Positions 30,101-39,472 are shown, counted from the stretch's first letter. The stretch is DNA of 64,000 bases from Sphingobacteriales bacterium (GCA_027486795.1 JAIXOI010000006.1:38406-102405); one strand, 5' to 3'. The notes: generated from the sequence alone by a model not told the origin. Numbers and translations are program-made.

Positions 30101-31855
30101 CTCGAAAGTTTTCTTTTTTATAGTAATTTCTACTACTTCGCTTTGGTTAGTCCTCAATACCCTGGTTATAGATGTTCTCCAGCTTGCTGGAATTTTATTA
30201 CCGACTTTTGTTTTCCATTCAGTCATTAAAATTTTACTGGCAGGGTTAGCATAGGCTATCGTTCCGTTTCGGGCTATGCGCATTACGGGTGCTGGTTGCT
30301 CTTGTGGCATTCGGGCCAAAATGGCCATTTCGCGTTGTATGTTTTTAGTTTCGGTTATATCTCTGCCAATACTAGTAAAATAGTCTACTTTGCCTGCGCT
30401 ATTTCTTTTACAAATAATTACCTGCGATATCGGGATGATTTTCCCATTTCTTCTTACCACTTGTAGCTCGCCCTGCCAAGTGCCGTTTTTTACCGCTTGC
30501 GGCACAGCTTCATTGTATAGCTTATTCAACGAAGGGGGAGTGTAAAAATCGGCCATCACAATTTCGGCAGCAGGCATGCTCATAGCAATTCCAGTTGCTT
30601 TTCTACCTGCCTTGTTTAAATAAAGCACTACGCCATCTATTCCAATCATAGCTACAAAATCGGATGTGGAGTCGGCTGTTACCAGCAATCGTTCTCTTTC
30701 TTCAGCATATTTTATCTCCGATGAAACATCACTGTGCATTAGCATTAATCCAGTCGGCTTACCTTTAGCTATTTGGTGTTTGGCAAAACTAATGTTGTGC
30801 CATCGTAAATGGCCATCATGGTGTTTTACTTGCAGTTTATGGTTTCCATAGCTTATTTGTAAATCCTTTATATCCACCAATGAACTGTATGAAGCCCCTA
30901 GTAAATTTTCGTGGCTGTAGCCAAGTAGCTTACTGAATTTTTGATTGGCAAAAATAATGTGGCCTTTATCATCTAGCAGCACTAAGCCTTCGTTCATGTG
31001 CTCTACCAAACTCCTATATCTAGCCTCTTTCTCCCTTAGGCTATCTATCGCTTTCCTGCGCTCGGTTACATCCGTATATATTGCAAAAATGCTGGTTACC
31101 TGCCCTTGTTTGTTTTTCAATGGGCTGCTGCTTATTTCAAGCATGCGCGGCTCTCCTTTGCTGTTGTTTACCTGTAGGTTGTATCTTTCGGCTTTATTGT
31201 TTGCCGAGTCGGCCAATCTTTTCTTAGCTTTCGCCGCTTCGTTTTTATCAAGGTTGGTAGCCTCAATAATGTTTTTACCCAACAATTGTTGTCGGCCAAA
31301 ACCAAGCATGCCGCAAAATTTGTCGTTTACAAATAAAACTTTGCCCGTAAGGTCCATTTGCATTACCCCTTCGTGTATTCGTTGTAGTAGGGTTTTTAAC
31401 TGATCCTCATTGTGTGCTGCATGGTGTTTTTGCTTTACCTCAGCGGTTATGTTGGTGTAGGTGGTTGTGCAGCCTACAACCGCATTGTCGGGAGCTAATC
31501 GTGGGCAGGTGTGAAATTTTAAGTAGGTAGTTTCTCCTTTTTTGTTTACCAAACAGAGGGTTTGCTTGGTTTCTAAACCCTGTTGTAAAGCTTTTGATGC
31601 TGGTAAATCAACATTTGCGATTGGTTGAAACGTATCGGCATCGCTAATTTGGAATTGCGATAGCCAACTGAAAATATTGCTGATTTTAGGGCTATTGGTA
31701 AAATCTAATTGTGCTTTTTTATTCAGGAAAATGAAATTTCCATCTAAATCGGTAACCAAAACGCTGTTCTCAACAATATTGAGATAGTTGGCAAGGTCAT
31801 CGGAGATGGCTTTGCTTGCTGCTATCCTTTTTGTTTGTTTTCCCGCTTTGGGCAT
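27125..31855 (-). CDS. Large soluble multi-PAS / 2xGAF sensor histidine kinase
   Basis: Repeated PAS/PAC motifs (DVTERRK, DITETK, DITNQK), two GAF-like repeats, H-box ASHDLQEPLR, NLIENALKF, DNGIGI, GSGIGLA; no TM segment seen. Confidence 0.92.
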   Translation of the reverse strand: MPKAGKQTKRIAASKAISDDLANYLNIVENSVLVTDLDGNFIFLNKKAQLDFTNSPKISNIFSWLSQFQISDADTFQPIANVDLPASKALQQGLETKQTLCLVNKKGETTYLKFHTCPRLAPDNAVVGCTTTYTNITAEVKQKHHAAHNEDQLKTLLQRIHEGVMQMDLTGKVLFVNDKFCGMLGFGRQQLLGKNIIEATNLDKNEAAKAKKRLADSANNKAERYNLQVNNSKGEPRMLEISSSPLKNKQGQVTSIFAIYTDVTERRKAIDSLREKEARYRSLVEHMNEGLVLLDDKGHIIFANQKFSKLLGYSHENLLGASYSSLVDIKDLQISYGNHKLQVKHHDGHLRWHNISFAKHQIAKGKPTGLMLMHSDVSSEIKYAEERERLLVTADSTSDFVAMIGIDGVVLYLNKAGRKATGIAMSMPAAEIVMADFYTPPSLNKLYNEAVPQAVKNGTWQGELQVVRRNGKIIPISQVIICKRNSAGKVDYFTSIGRDITETKNIQREMAILARMPQEQPAPVMRIARNGTIAYANPASKILMTEWKTKVGNKIPASWRTSITRVLRTNQSEVVEITIKKKTFELKLVPVEEYDYVNLIGNDVTTRKNAEEQIKASERKYRAVVEDQTELISRYLANGKITFANTAYHRYFGHKTDITGKNIFSLVPKAALNGFKERLASLNIQNPFITYSLEDKTDSKNSRWQMWTDRAIFDENGNFVEYQSVALDITTLKQTEQELRIQQVYLRYIIDSIPNLIFVRDTEGRYKLVNNAFANLLGTDIKKLVGQKHNAVAKYFPLDKVYRDQDLQVVKMKREAYFPEETITRPSDNRKFWFSTIKKPVLSPDGKWQILGVSTDITNQKELEQSLQLQLKLRTLISDIATRFINLPFHQIDEAITQSLKNLGELNDLDRVVINLKSGETYKPAYYWLSEENKKLKLAVQTAYPFDGSTLEAKNMKELGYVYYMQSKNSIPEDTAFRKFIEKVGVKSSIVLPLEAKGENMGFITLSSIRNEIAWDEDLISLLRITSQVISSALERKKTEALLNFTLQFQNIITIISANFISIAPKNIDAEITSSIKYVAEFLSIDQCYVFMAHGNNSRFKLSHHWIAGDVNPDENLLQIVEQRKFVRVYRQVKTKGYFSIESSNDLPPEADELKNIVILANIKSTIGIPIMSKGVFRGLLVFASFSRERFWKNETIPLLKITSQIVANALDRKQNEEEIAETRELYRTLARNIPKAAVFLYDRDLKYKLVEGAELEDQGYDKDSMEGRTLQQTIPPTLLKELEPLYRGALNGQEHVMEREFNKKHYLIHFLPVRNEKEEIYAGMVMSLDITDLKDIQRKLEQHTTELLRSNEDLELFAYAASHDLQEPLRMIGSYIHLIQKRLQKTLEGDTLEFMAYATDGVKRMQDLINDLLEYSRVDRKTNDFRLLDMNKTVEFVKINLQQSIAEKDATIVVDNLPEIYADQPQIISLLQNLIENALKFHGEQAPLVHISCRDNGDSYTFSVQDNGIGIKEQYFEKIFLVFQRLHSLSEYSGSGIGLATSKKIVERHGGRLWVQSQIGRGTTFYFSINKKGNL

Positions 31856-31933
31856 ATATAACTTTACTAATTGATAAAAATTATAAGAAAGTTACGAAAA
31901 TTGCGCTATAAAGTTGATGGTGCAGCTAAATAA

Positions 31934-32725
31934 CTATATTTCGTATACGGGTTTTATACCCGCAAGTAATAAGTCTTTTTGATCGAACAGTTCCATACCA
32001 CATTGGGTACATTGAAAGCCATAAGCTATAAAATACGGGCTACTGGTTCCGTGCTCGGTATAGCCTTTTAGTGCAGCGTAGCTGCCGCATTTTAAGCACG
32101 GTATTCGTTGGTTATTGGGGTGTTGTATAATGGTTTCTCCAGTTACGCTTCCTTCCATTAGGGCTTCATCAATTCGCATTATTCTGTTTTGGTTGTAGCG
32201 CACAATGAGTGCCTCGTCTTGCTCGGTCAATCGATATATGGCTTGGTGCACCAACTGCTGCTCAACCATCAAATTCAACAAGTTTAAAACCCCATAAGCC
32301 ATGCGCTCCAACACCACTACCGAGGGTGATATTTTACTAGTAATTAACTGGCTCCAAAGGGTAATGTAGGCTTCAAAAAATGGTCGGTGAGCACTTAGGT
32401 ACTTAGCAAATACATTTTTGCGGGGGCTAATTTCGTGCACATGGTTGTTTACGCTTAGTAGCTTGTCTTTTAGCCGTTCATATATCTCGTGCTGCTGGTC
32501 AATGGGTACAGGTTCGTTTCGCAGCAACGATTCGGCTTCGTTGGGCAACGTTTTAAAATAACCGGCAAAGTCTTTTTGCAAGGCCAGAATATCCAATAAG
32601 ACACTGAATGCCGATATCAACTCGCGTATCGATAAATTGTTTGTCTTGCGTGTTGCAATCTGCTCATGGGCCATTTCAAGGCCATCTGTTAAATGGGCAA
32701 TAAGTTCGTCAACTTTATCGTCCAT
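31934..32725 (-). CDS. Hypothetical protein with C-terminal zinc ribbon
   Basis: Long ORF with helical N-terminus and CLKC...CTQC; likely start ATG 32725. Confidence 0.65.
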   Translation of the reverse strand: MDDKVDELIAHLTDGLEMAHEQIATRKTNNLSIRELISAFSVLLDILALQKDFAGYFKTLPNEAESLLRNEPVPIDQQHEIYERLKDKLLSVNNHVHEISPRKNVFAKYLSAHRPFFEAYITLWSQLITSKISPSVVVLERMAYGVLNLLNLMVEQQLVHQAIYRLTEQDEALIVRYNQNRIMRIDEALMEGSVTGETIIQHPNNQRIPCLKCGSYAALKGYTEHGTSSPYFIAYGFQCTQCGMELFDQKDLLLAGIKPVYEI

Positions 32726-32920
32726 TATGGTGTGCTGCACCTTTATCAGCAATGTATGCATACCAAAATCCCCCAAATTTGTAATTAAGATAAGGATTTT
32801 GACAATGTGAAAAGATTAATCGGTGTTTTTTGTTGTTTAGCCTTTGCAATAGTAAGACCTAAACCGTTTGTTGTTTTTATTGTTACCCCAAATAGGGTAA
32901 TCTAGTAGCATAGTCGGTAT

Positions 32921-32943
32921 TTGTTTGGAATCGTTCTAAATAA
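32921..32943. promoter_or_regulatory. Fur-like operator palindrome TTGTTTGGAATCGTTCTAAATAA
   Basis: Three mismatches from the palindrome TTATTTAGAATNATTCTAAATAA; about 60 bp upstream of the small ORF at 33005. Confidence 0.5.
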
Positions 32944-33004
32944 CGGCTAATTTTGTATTATCATTCTAGCCATTATGGGCTTTAGTTAGGAAACATTAAT
33001 AGCA

Positions 33005-33169
33005 ATGGTCTCAAAAGAACACATAGTACCGATGGAAAAAGAAGGAAAACTAAAAACTTGGTTCAAGCGCTTAGGCTGGGCTGCTTTTTGGTTTTTTGTA
33101 ATCAAAGGCACCATCACCACCATCATTATCTTGTTTATCGGTAAAAAAGCTTGGGACGCTCTTTTCTGA
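33005..33169 (+). CDS. 54-aa small membrane protein, not in the supplied ORF track
   Basis: MVSKEHIVPMEKEGKLKTWFKRLGWAAFWFFVIKGTITTIIILFIGKKAWDALF*; basic N-terminus, hydrophobic helix; fills the gap before the accC stop. Confidence 0.7.
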   Translation: MVSKEHIVPMEKEGKLKTWFKRLGWAAFWFFVIKGTITTIIILFIGKKAWDALF

Positions 33170-33179
33170 TTTTTTGCAT

Positions 33180-34673
33180 TTAGCGCAATTGCCTGCGCTT
33201 TTTCCACTTGTTTCCTGCATCTCCATTATCCAATATTGCAGTGGCATTACCGTTGCTCTTTTGCTCTTCTAGTATTTTTACGCCCAGTAAGGCTGCAATT
33301 AATGCTTCTGTATCATTGTTTTCGTTCAGCATTTCGGGTTTAAAGTAGCGTGCTATAAAGTGCGTATTAAAGTTGCCGCCCCTAAACGCTTCGTGCTGCA
33401 TTGCCCACTTGCCAAAGGCCAATGTGTTTTTAATGCCCACAATATCATACTCATCAATGGCACGCACCATGCGTTGCAGGGCCTCCTCGCGATTTTTGCC
33501 GTGGGTAGCCAGTTTGGCAATCATAGGGTCATAATAGATAGGAATGTCCATGCCTTGCTGAAAACCATCATCAACCCTTACGCCCGGACCAGTAGGGCGG
33601 CGGTAACTTTTTAGTTTGCCAATATCGGGCAAAAAGTTGTTGGCTGGGTCTTCGGCATATACGCGCAGCTCAACGGCATGGCCAATAATTTGCAGGTCGT
33701 CTTGTGTAAAAGAAAGCTTTTCGCCGCGCGCTACTTTTATCTGTTCCTTTACCAAATCAACACCTGTAATAAGTTCCGTAACCGGGTGCTCCACTTGCAG
33801 GCGGGTATTCATTTCCAGAAAATAGTAGTTCAGCTGCTCGTCAACCAAAAACTCTACCGTGCCGGCACCGCTGTATTTGCATGCTTTGGCTACCATTACG
33901 GCACTTTGGCCCATTTTTTCGCGAACCTCGGGCGTGAGCACACTCGAAGGAGCTTCTTCAATCACTTTTTGGTGGCGGCGTTGTATGCTGCACTCGCGCT
34001 CAAATAGGTGTACCACGCTGCCGTGGTTGTCGGCCAATACTTGTATCTCAATATGGCGTGGCGAGCCCACAAACTTTTCAATAAACACTGCACCATCGCC
34101 AAACGAGGCCACGGCTTCGCTTACAGCGCGCTGCATCTGCTCTTCAAACTCTTCCGCGTTTTCTACTATGCGCATGCCCTTGCCACCACCGCCCGCTGCG
34201 GCTTTTATCAGCACCGGGAAACCGATGCTCTTTGCCAATTCTTTGGCTACATGAACATCGTCAATAGCTCCTTCGCTGCCGGGCACCATAGGTATGCCAA
34301 AATCTTTCACGGCCTCTTTGGCCGATAGTTTATTGCCCATCAGTTGGATGGAGTAGGGGCTGGGACCAATAAACGTAATGCCCGCGGCGGCTACCTTCTC
34401 TGAAAACGAAGCATTCTCTGATAAGAAACCATACCCTGGGTGAATGCCATCCACGCCCAGTTTCAAGGCTTCGGCAATAATCTTGTCGGCCAACAGATAA
34501 CTTTGGTTGCTGGGCGGCGGGCCTAGCAGAATGGCTTCATCGGCATAGCGCACGTGCGGTGCGTTACGATCGGCCTCGCTATACACGGCTACGGTTTTAA
34601 TGCCCATCTCTTTGGCGCTGCGCATCACGCGCAAAGCTATCTCTCCACGGTTGGCTACAAGGATTTTTTTCAT
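33180..34673 (-). CDS. accC: Acetyl/propionyl-CoA carboxylase, biotin carboxylase subunit
   Basis: ILVANRGEIA, HPGYGFLSEN, GGGGKGMR, RECSIQRRHQK, EMNTRLQVEHP, YYDPMIAK. Confidence 0.93.
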   Translation of the reverse strand: MKKILVANRGEIALRVMRSAKEMGIKTVAVYSEADRNAPHVRYADEAILLGPPPSNQSYLLADKIIAEALKLGVDGIHPGYGFLSENASFSEKVAAAGITFIGPSPYSIQLMGNKLSAKEAVKDFGIPMVPGSEGAIDDVHVAKELAKSIGFPVLIKAAAGGGGKGMRIVENAEEFEEQMQRAVSEAVASFGDGAVFIEKFVGSPRHIEIQVLADNHGSVVHLFERECSIQRRHQKVIEEAPSSVLTPEVREKMGQSAVMVAKACKYSGAGTVEFLVDEQLNYYFLEMNTRLQVEHPVTELITGVDLVKEQIKVARGEKLSFTQDDLQIIGHAVELRVYAEDPANNFLPDIGKLKSYRRPTGPGVRVDDGFQQGMDIPIYYDPMIAKLATHGKNREEALQRMVRAIDEYDIVGIKNTLAFGKWAMQHEAFRGGNFNTHFIARYFKPEMLNENNDTEALIAALLGVKILEEQKSNGNATAILDNGDAGNKWKKRRQLR

Positions 34674-34903
34674 GCTGTGATATTGGTACTTGTGGGCGGT
34701 AAAGTTATGAAAGATGGCGGGAATGGAGGAAGGTGGTTCAATTAAATTAACTGGTCATGCAAATCTGCAATGAAGTCTCCAGAACTAGGAAAACAGCCTT
34801 TGGGTTGCAGTGCTATTGCATTAGCCTTTACTACCAAACAGCAAAGCAAGGAACTTTTAAAATCCGCGGTACTATTATATATTTGAGTAAGACTTCAAGG
34901 CCT

Positions 34904-35143
34904 ATGAAAAAATTTACTTTTAAACTCGAAAGCGATAAAGATGCTGAACTGCTGAAGCAGTTGTTGGATGCTGCAGAATTTGAATCGAAGGTGGAAGGTT
35001 TTGTAGAAACGGATGATGTTGATTTTACCGAGGCAGAAATGAATATGCTTAAAGAGCGCGAAGCACACTACCAAAAGAATCCATCAAGCGCCACTAATGC
35101 TGCCGAACTTGAAGCGAAGCTAAAAAACAAATATGGCTTTTGA
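34904..35143 (+). CDS. Putative antitoxin (addiction module component)
   Basis: 79-aa acidic ORF overlapping the toxin start; C-terminus TEAE..MLKER..HY.KNPS; -7 box TATATTTG at 34878-34885. Confidence 0.7.
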   Translation: MKKFTFKLESDKDAELLKQLLDAAEFESKVEGFVETDDVDFTEAEMNMLKEREAHYQKNPSSATNAAELEAKLKNKYGF

Positions 35144-35426
35144 AGTGAAGGTTGCAGCGAAAGCTGCAATTGAGATTGACGAAGCTATTGAATGGTATTT
35201 TAAAATATCACCTAAACTGGCGTTAGATCTGTTTGACAAATACGCATTTGCTAGAAAAGCAATTGAGTTAATCCCCTTGCAATTTCAGGAGCTACAAGGC
35301 GGATATAGAAAAGTTGTTTTAGATCGTTTCCCGTACAAGGTAATTTTCAAGGTTGTAAAACCTGAACAAGCGCTCATCTTGGCTTTTGCGCACCATAAGC
35401 AAAGAAATTACTGGCGCAGGCGATAA
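35133..35426 (+). CDS. RelE/ParE family toxin
   Basis: A..EIDEAIEWY, YRKVVLDRFPYKVIF, ILAFAHHKQRNYW. Confidence 0.88.
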   Translation: MAFEVKVAAKAAIEIDEAIEWYFKISPKLALDLFDKYAFARKAIELIPLQFQELQGGYRKVVLDRFPYKVIFKVVKPEQALILAFAHHKQRNYWRRR

Positions 35427-35449
35427 TTAGCTATTTAATCTACAGCTCA

Positions 35450-36421
35450 TCAATCATCCCCGCCCTCTTCCTGTTTCTGGAAAACGATTGTAGGCTCGGG
35501 CAGTATCACTCGCATGAGTATGGCGTTGTGGTCACTCAGGCTGCAATATTCGGCGCACCAGCGCTCGCTGTATAGGCGCACATATCGCTCCATCATTAAT
35601 GGTGTAATGCCATTGGGGCGGTATAGTATAAAGTCGATAAGGTGGCTGTTGCCGCGGTTCTTTAGGTCATTGGTTTTGCCATCGGCCGAGTATTTCACGG
35701 GGCCATGTATGGTATCATCAACGGCATCTAATACTTTTAAAAGCATCGGATAACGCAAGGTGTCGTTTTGGCGGGTGTTATAGTCGCCGGCCAAAAACTG
35801 CGGCACCCCTGGTTTTTGGTTGGTAAGCACAATAGAGGCCAAATCGATGTATTGCGATAGTTTGGTGTTCCAGCTACCACCTGCTTGCAAATGGGTGCCC
35901 ATAACCTGAAATTTTTGCCCATTGGGTAGCGTCGCCTCTACCAGCAAGCCGCCTTTGTGTGCCCAGCGGTCAATGCCCTCACGCTTTTGAAAGCGCACAC
36001 GGTCTACCTTCTCCAACGGATATTTGCTATAAATAACAATGCCGCTGTTGGTTACGAATGGTGCAAATGGCTTGTTTGCGGGCCCTATGTGGTAAGGGTA
36101 GGCCTTATGCATTTTGCGACGGATAATGCGGCGGCTGCGCACATCAAACAATTCTTGGAAAACGATAACGTCCAAGTCATCTTTTATCAAATGTTCGGGT
36201 AGCAGGCGCGCACGCTTAATGGGTCCTTGGCGCACTGGTAACAGCAGGCGAGGTAGCATTTTAATATTGTAAGAGAGGATGCGGATTTCGCCAGGTGCAC
36301 GCACTGCTAGCGCTGGTATATCTTGCGAAACTATTTCAAGGGTTTGTGCATGGTGCTTGAGCGAAAGTAGCAAAAGCATCGAAAAAATGAGCAAGCTGCG
36401 GGGAATGTTTTTCATAGCCAT
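35450..36421 (-). CDS. Secreted EEP-family phosphodiesterase, sphingomyelinase-like
   Basis: Signal peptide; ILSYNI, DVIVFQE, SGIVIYSKYP, KG, THLQA, GDYN, IDFIL, SDH. Confidence 0.85.
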   Translation of the reverse strand: MAMKNIPRSLLIFSMLLLLSLKHHAQTLEIVSQDIPALAVRAPGEIRILSYNIKMLPRLLLPVRQGPIKRARLLPEHLIKDDLDVIVFQELFDVRSRRIIRRKMHKAYPYHIGPANKPFAPFVTNSGIVIYSKYPLEKVDRVRFQKREGIDRWAHKGGLLVEATLPNGQKFQVMGTHLQAGGSWNTKLSQYIDLASIVLTNQKPGVPQFLAGDYNTRQNDTLRYPMLLKVLDAVDDTIHGPVKYSADGKTNDLKNRGNSHLIDFILYRPNGITPLMMERYVRLYSERWCAEYCSLSDHNAILMRVILPEPTIVFQKQEEGGDD

Positions 36422-36663
36422 CTAATATACACGGAGATTGTAAGACGGTGAAAAAATGAAGGGTAAAAGTTCTTTTTTGTTCCATAATAATCTTTCTTGC
36501 GCAGTTAGCCAAAGTGAATAAAGTGGCATCTGACATTAAGTAATTTCACCTATATAGCCTGAAAGCATTGCAAGGCCTGTTTTATATCGCTTTTGTGCTT
36601 TTGGGTGCAGTGTTAAACGTTCATTAATTTATCCACCTATTGTGCTTACTAACAGGTAATTGT

Positions 36664-36671
36664 TAAATTTG
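36664..36671 (+). promoter_or_regulatory. -7 box TAAATTTG
   Basis: Matches TAnnTTTG, 26 bp upstream of the ATG at 36698. Confidence 0.6.
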
Positions 36672-36697
36672 CCCCCGTTTTCATCTGAACACCAAGT

Positions 36698-39472
36698 ATG
36701 TTTCAATCAAGGTTATTTTATACCGCTGTGTTGCTTATCACCTCGCTGGCGGTCTTTGCTCAAACTGGCACTATCAGGGGTTATATTTCCGATTCGGCCA
36801 GCAACCAATCAATGGTTAACGTAGTGGTGTTTCTGGAAAAAACAGAGATTAGCACCATTACTAACATCGATGGCTCTTTTGAATTGACCAACGTGCCAAT
36901 TGGCAGATATGTAATTGTTGCCCAAACCGATTTGTATAACGATTTGGCAATCAGCATTGAGGTTAAATCTGGCGACAACGATTTGGGTACCCTTAAGCTT
37001 ATCAATCGCGAAGGGGGCACCGATTTGCTTTCGGCCGAAGACATCATTCCTACGGTGAGCTTGAGCGAAAACGACTTGCGCGGCGATGGCGCCCAAAACG
37101 TATCTGGTTTGCTTACCGCCTCTCGCGATGTGTATATCAACACCGCAGCTTTTGTATTTGGCAGCTACCGCTATCGCATACGTGGCTATGATGGCGAAAA
37201 TACCGACGTTTTTTTGGATAACTTACCCATGAACGACCTTGAAGATGGCCGCGCATACTGGAACCAGTGGGGTGGCTTAAACGATGTGTTTCGCAGCCGC
37301 GAAAACGAAATTGGGCTAAACCCAGTTGATTTTACGTTTGGTGGTGTCGGTGGCTCATCGGGTATACAAACAGGTGCCGCATCGCAGCGCAAGCAATACC
37401 GTATTTCGTATGCGGCAAGCAATCGTACTTACACCAACCGCTTAATGGCTACCTACTCTACAGGCTTACTACCAAAGGGCTGGGCGGTTTCGCTTTCTGC
37501 ATCGCGTCGCTGGGCCAAAGAAGGTTATGTTGATGGCACTAGTTATGATGCTTGGTCGTATTTTGCGGCTGTTGAAAAGGTAATCAACAACCACAACATT
37601 AACCTTACTATTTTTGGTGCCCCAACCAATCGTGGCAAAACATCACCTACTTTGCAAGAAGCGTACAACATTACCGGTAGCAATTTTTACAACCCAAACT
37701 GGGGCTACCAAGATGGGGTAAAACGCAATAGCGATATTGTTCATAGCCATTTGCCAACCATTATTTTGAGCCATATCTGGAAAATTGACGAGAAAAGTAA
37801 GCTTTCTACCTCCTTCGGATACCAGTTTGGACAAAACGGCAGCACTACTTTAAACTGGTACAATGCGCCCGACCCAAGGCCCGACTACTACCGCAACTTA
37901 CCTAGCTACATAACTGACTCAACGCTGCAAGATCAGGCGCTGCAGAACTATACCGAGAACCCAGAATTACTTCAGTTGGATTGGGATAGGTTTTATAGTG
38001 TAAATGCCAATAGCACCGAAACCGTAGAAAACTATAACGGCACTGGCCGCGATACTACCGTAAACCTTTCGCGCTATATTATTGAAGATCGCCGTTATGA
38101 TAAAAAGCGTGTGAGTGCAAGCATGTTGTTTGAGCATAAATTTAGCGATCGTTTTATATTGCAATCGGGTGCTAGCTATGTGTGGCAGCGTACTTACAAC
38201 TTTAAGGTTATTGACGATTTATTGGGAGGAGATTTGTTTTTGGATGTAAATCAATTTGCCGAGCGGGATTTTGTAAACGACCCGAATGCTGTTCAAAACG
38301 ACCTAGAAAACCCCAACCGCCTGCTGAAAGTAGGAGACCGCTACGGGTATGACTATAACATTACAGTAAGTAAAACTAACGCCTGGGTGCAGGGTATTGC
38401 CAACCTGAGCAATTGGGAGTTGTTTGGTGCAGCAAACATTTCGCATACCCAATTTTACCGAACCGGTAACTATCGTAGTGGCTTGTTTCCGGATGACTCA
38501 AAAGGTGATGGCGAAAAGCTAAGTTTTGTGAATTATGGCGTTAAGGGCGGTGCTACCTACAAAATTAATGGTCGTAATTATTTGATTGCAAATGGAAGCT
38601 ACATGACCAGGGCACCGTATGCCAAAAATGCCTACATACAACCCCGCACTCGTAATCAAATAGTTGACAACCTGCAAAACGAGCAGATTTATTCTTTTGA
38701 AGGTGGATATTTGCTAAAAGCGCCTAAACTTAAGGCCAGAGCTATATTTTACTACACCCAGTTTCTTAACGGCACCGATACGTACAGTTTTTATTACGAT
38801 TTGGAACGCAACTTCGTAAACGTGGCATTAACTAATATTGATAGGCGTCACTTGGGTGGTGAGTTTGCCATTGAGGCTCAAATTTTTACTGGGTTCAAAA
38901 TTTCTGCTGTTTCGGCCATTGGGCAAAACATTTATACCAGTCGCCAAAGCGCAACTATAACGCTTGACAACAGTGCCGAAATTTTGGCTCGCGACCTTAC
39001 TATTTATTCAAAGAACTTTTTTGTGGCTAATGGGCCGCAGTTTGCCAATAGTTTAGGGTTTCACTACAATTCATCCAAGTTTTTTGCAAACCTTTATGTG
39101 AACTACTTCGACCGTATATTTATTGATTACAACAGGGTGCGTAGAACCGAAGAGGCAGTTGATTTGGTTGAACCGGGCTCTCAGTTGTGGAACGATATAT
39201 TGCAGCAGCAGGAGATGGACGGACAGTTTACCGTTGACATATTCGGTGGTACTTCATTCAAAGTAAACGATTGGATTAAAAAATTGGAACGCAGTACTTA
39301 TTTGTATCTTACGGTTGGTGTAAACAATATCTTAAATAACCGGAAGTTTATAACAGGTGGCTTTGAACAAACCCGATTAGACTACTCGGGCAACAACGTA
39401 AATAAGTTTCCGCCCAATTATTTTTATGCATATGGTGTCAACTTTTTTATCAGCGCAAGCTTAAAGTTTTAA
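36698..39472 (+). CDS. TonB-dependent receptor (non-SusC type) with N-terminal carboxypeptidase-regulatory-like domain
   Basis: Signal peptide, GTIRG....TNIDGSFEL.NVP.G.Y, plug motif RIRGYD, amphipathic beta strands, NNILN, C-terminal Phe (ISASLKF). Confidence 0.88.
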   Translation: MFQSRLFYTAVLLITSLAVFAQTGTIRGYISDSASNQSMVNVVVFLEKTEISTITNIDGSFELTNVPIGRYVIVAQTDLYNDLAISIEVKSGDNDLGTLKLINREGGTDLLSAEDIIPTVSLSENDLRGDGAQNVSGLLTASRDVYINTAAFVFGSYRYRIRGYDGENTDVFLDNLPMNDLEDGRAYWNQWGGLNDVFRSRENEIGLNPVDFTFGGVGGSSGIQTGAASQRKQYRISYAASNRTYTNRLMATYSTGLLPKGWAVSLSASRRWAKEGYVDGTSYDAWSYFAAVEKVINNHNINLTIFGAPTNRGKTSPTLQEAYNITGSNFYNPNWGYQDGVKRNSDIVHSHLPTIILSHIWKIDEKSKLSTSFGYQFGQNGSTTLNWYNAPDPRPDYYRNLPSYITDSTLQDQALQNYTENPELLQLDWDRFYSVNANSTETVENYNGTGRDTTVNLSRYIIEDRRYDKKRVSASMLFEHKFSDRFILQSGASYVWQRTYNFKVIDDLLGGDLFLDVNQFAERDFVNDPNAVQNDLENPNRLLKVGDRYGYDYNITVSKTNAWVQGIANLSNWELFGAANISHTQFYRTGNYRSGLFPDDSKGDGEKLSFVNYGVKGGATYKINGRNYLIANGSYMTRAPYAKNAYIQPRTRNQIVDNLQNEQIYSFEGGYLLKAPKLKARAIFYYTQFLNGTDTYSFYYDLERNFVNVALTNIDRRHLGGEFAIEAQIFTGFKISAVSAIGQNIYTSRQSATITLDNSAEILARDLTIYSKNFFVANGPQFANSLGFHYNSSKFFANLYVNYFDRIFIDYNRVRRTEEAVDLVEPGSQLWNDILQQQEMDGQFTVDIFGGTSFKVNDWIKKLERSTYLYLTVGVNNILNNRKFITGGFEQTRLDYSGNNVNKFPPNYFYAYGVNFFISASLKF

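Noticed and set aside
27125-31855. Bacteriophytochrome or LOV photoreceptor
   Set aside because: No PASDIP/PHY motif and no GxNCRFLQ motif seen
32986-33207. 73-aa minus-strand ORF
   Set aside because: Overlaps the accC end; the opposite-strand 54-aa ORF has better protein features and upstream signals
34757-34903. N-terminal extension of the antitoxin
   Set aside because: A promoter box at 34878-34885 lies inside it; ATG 34904 is the more likely start
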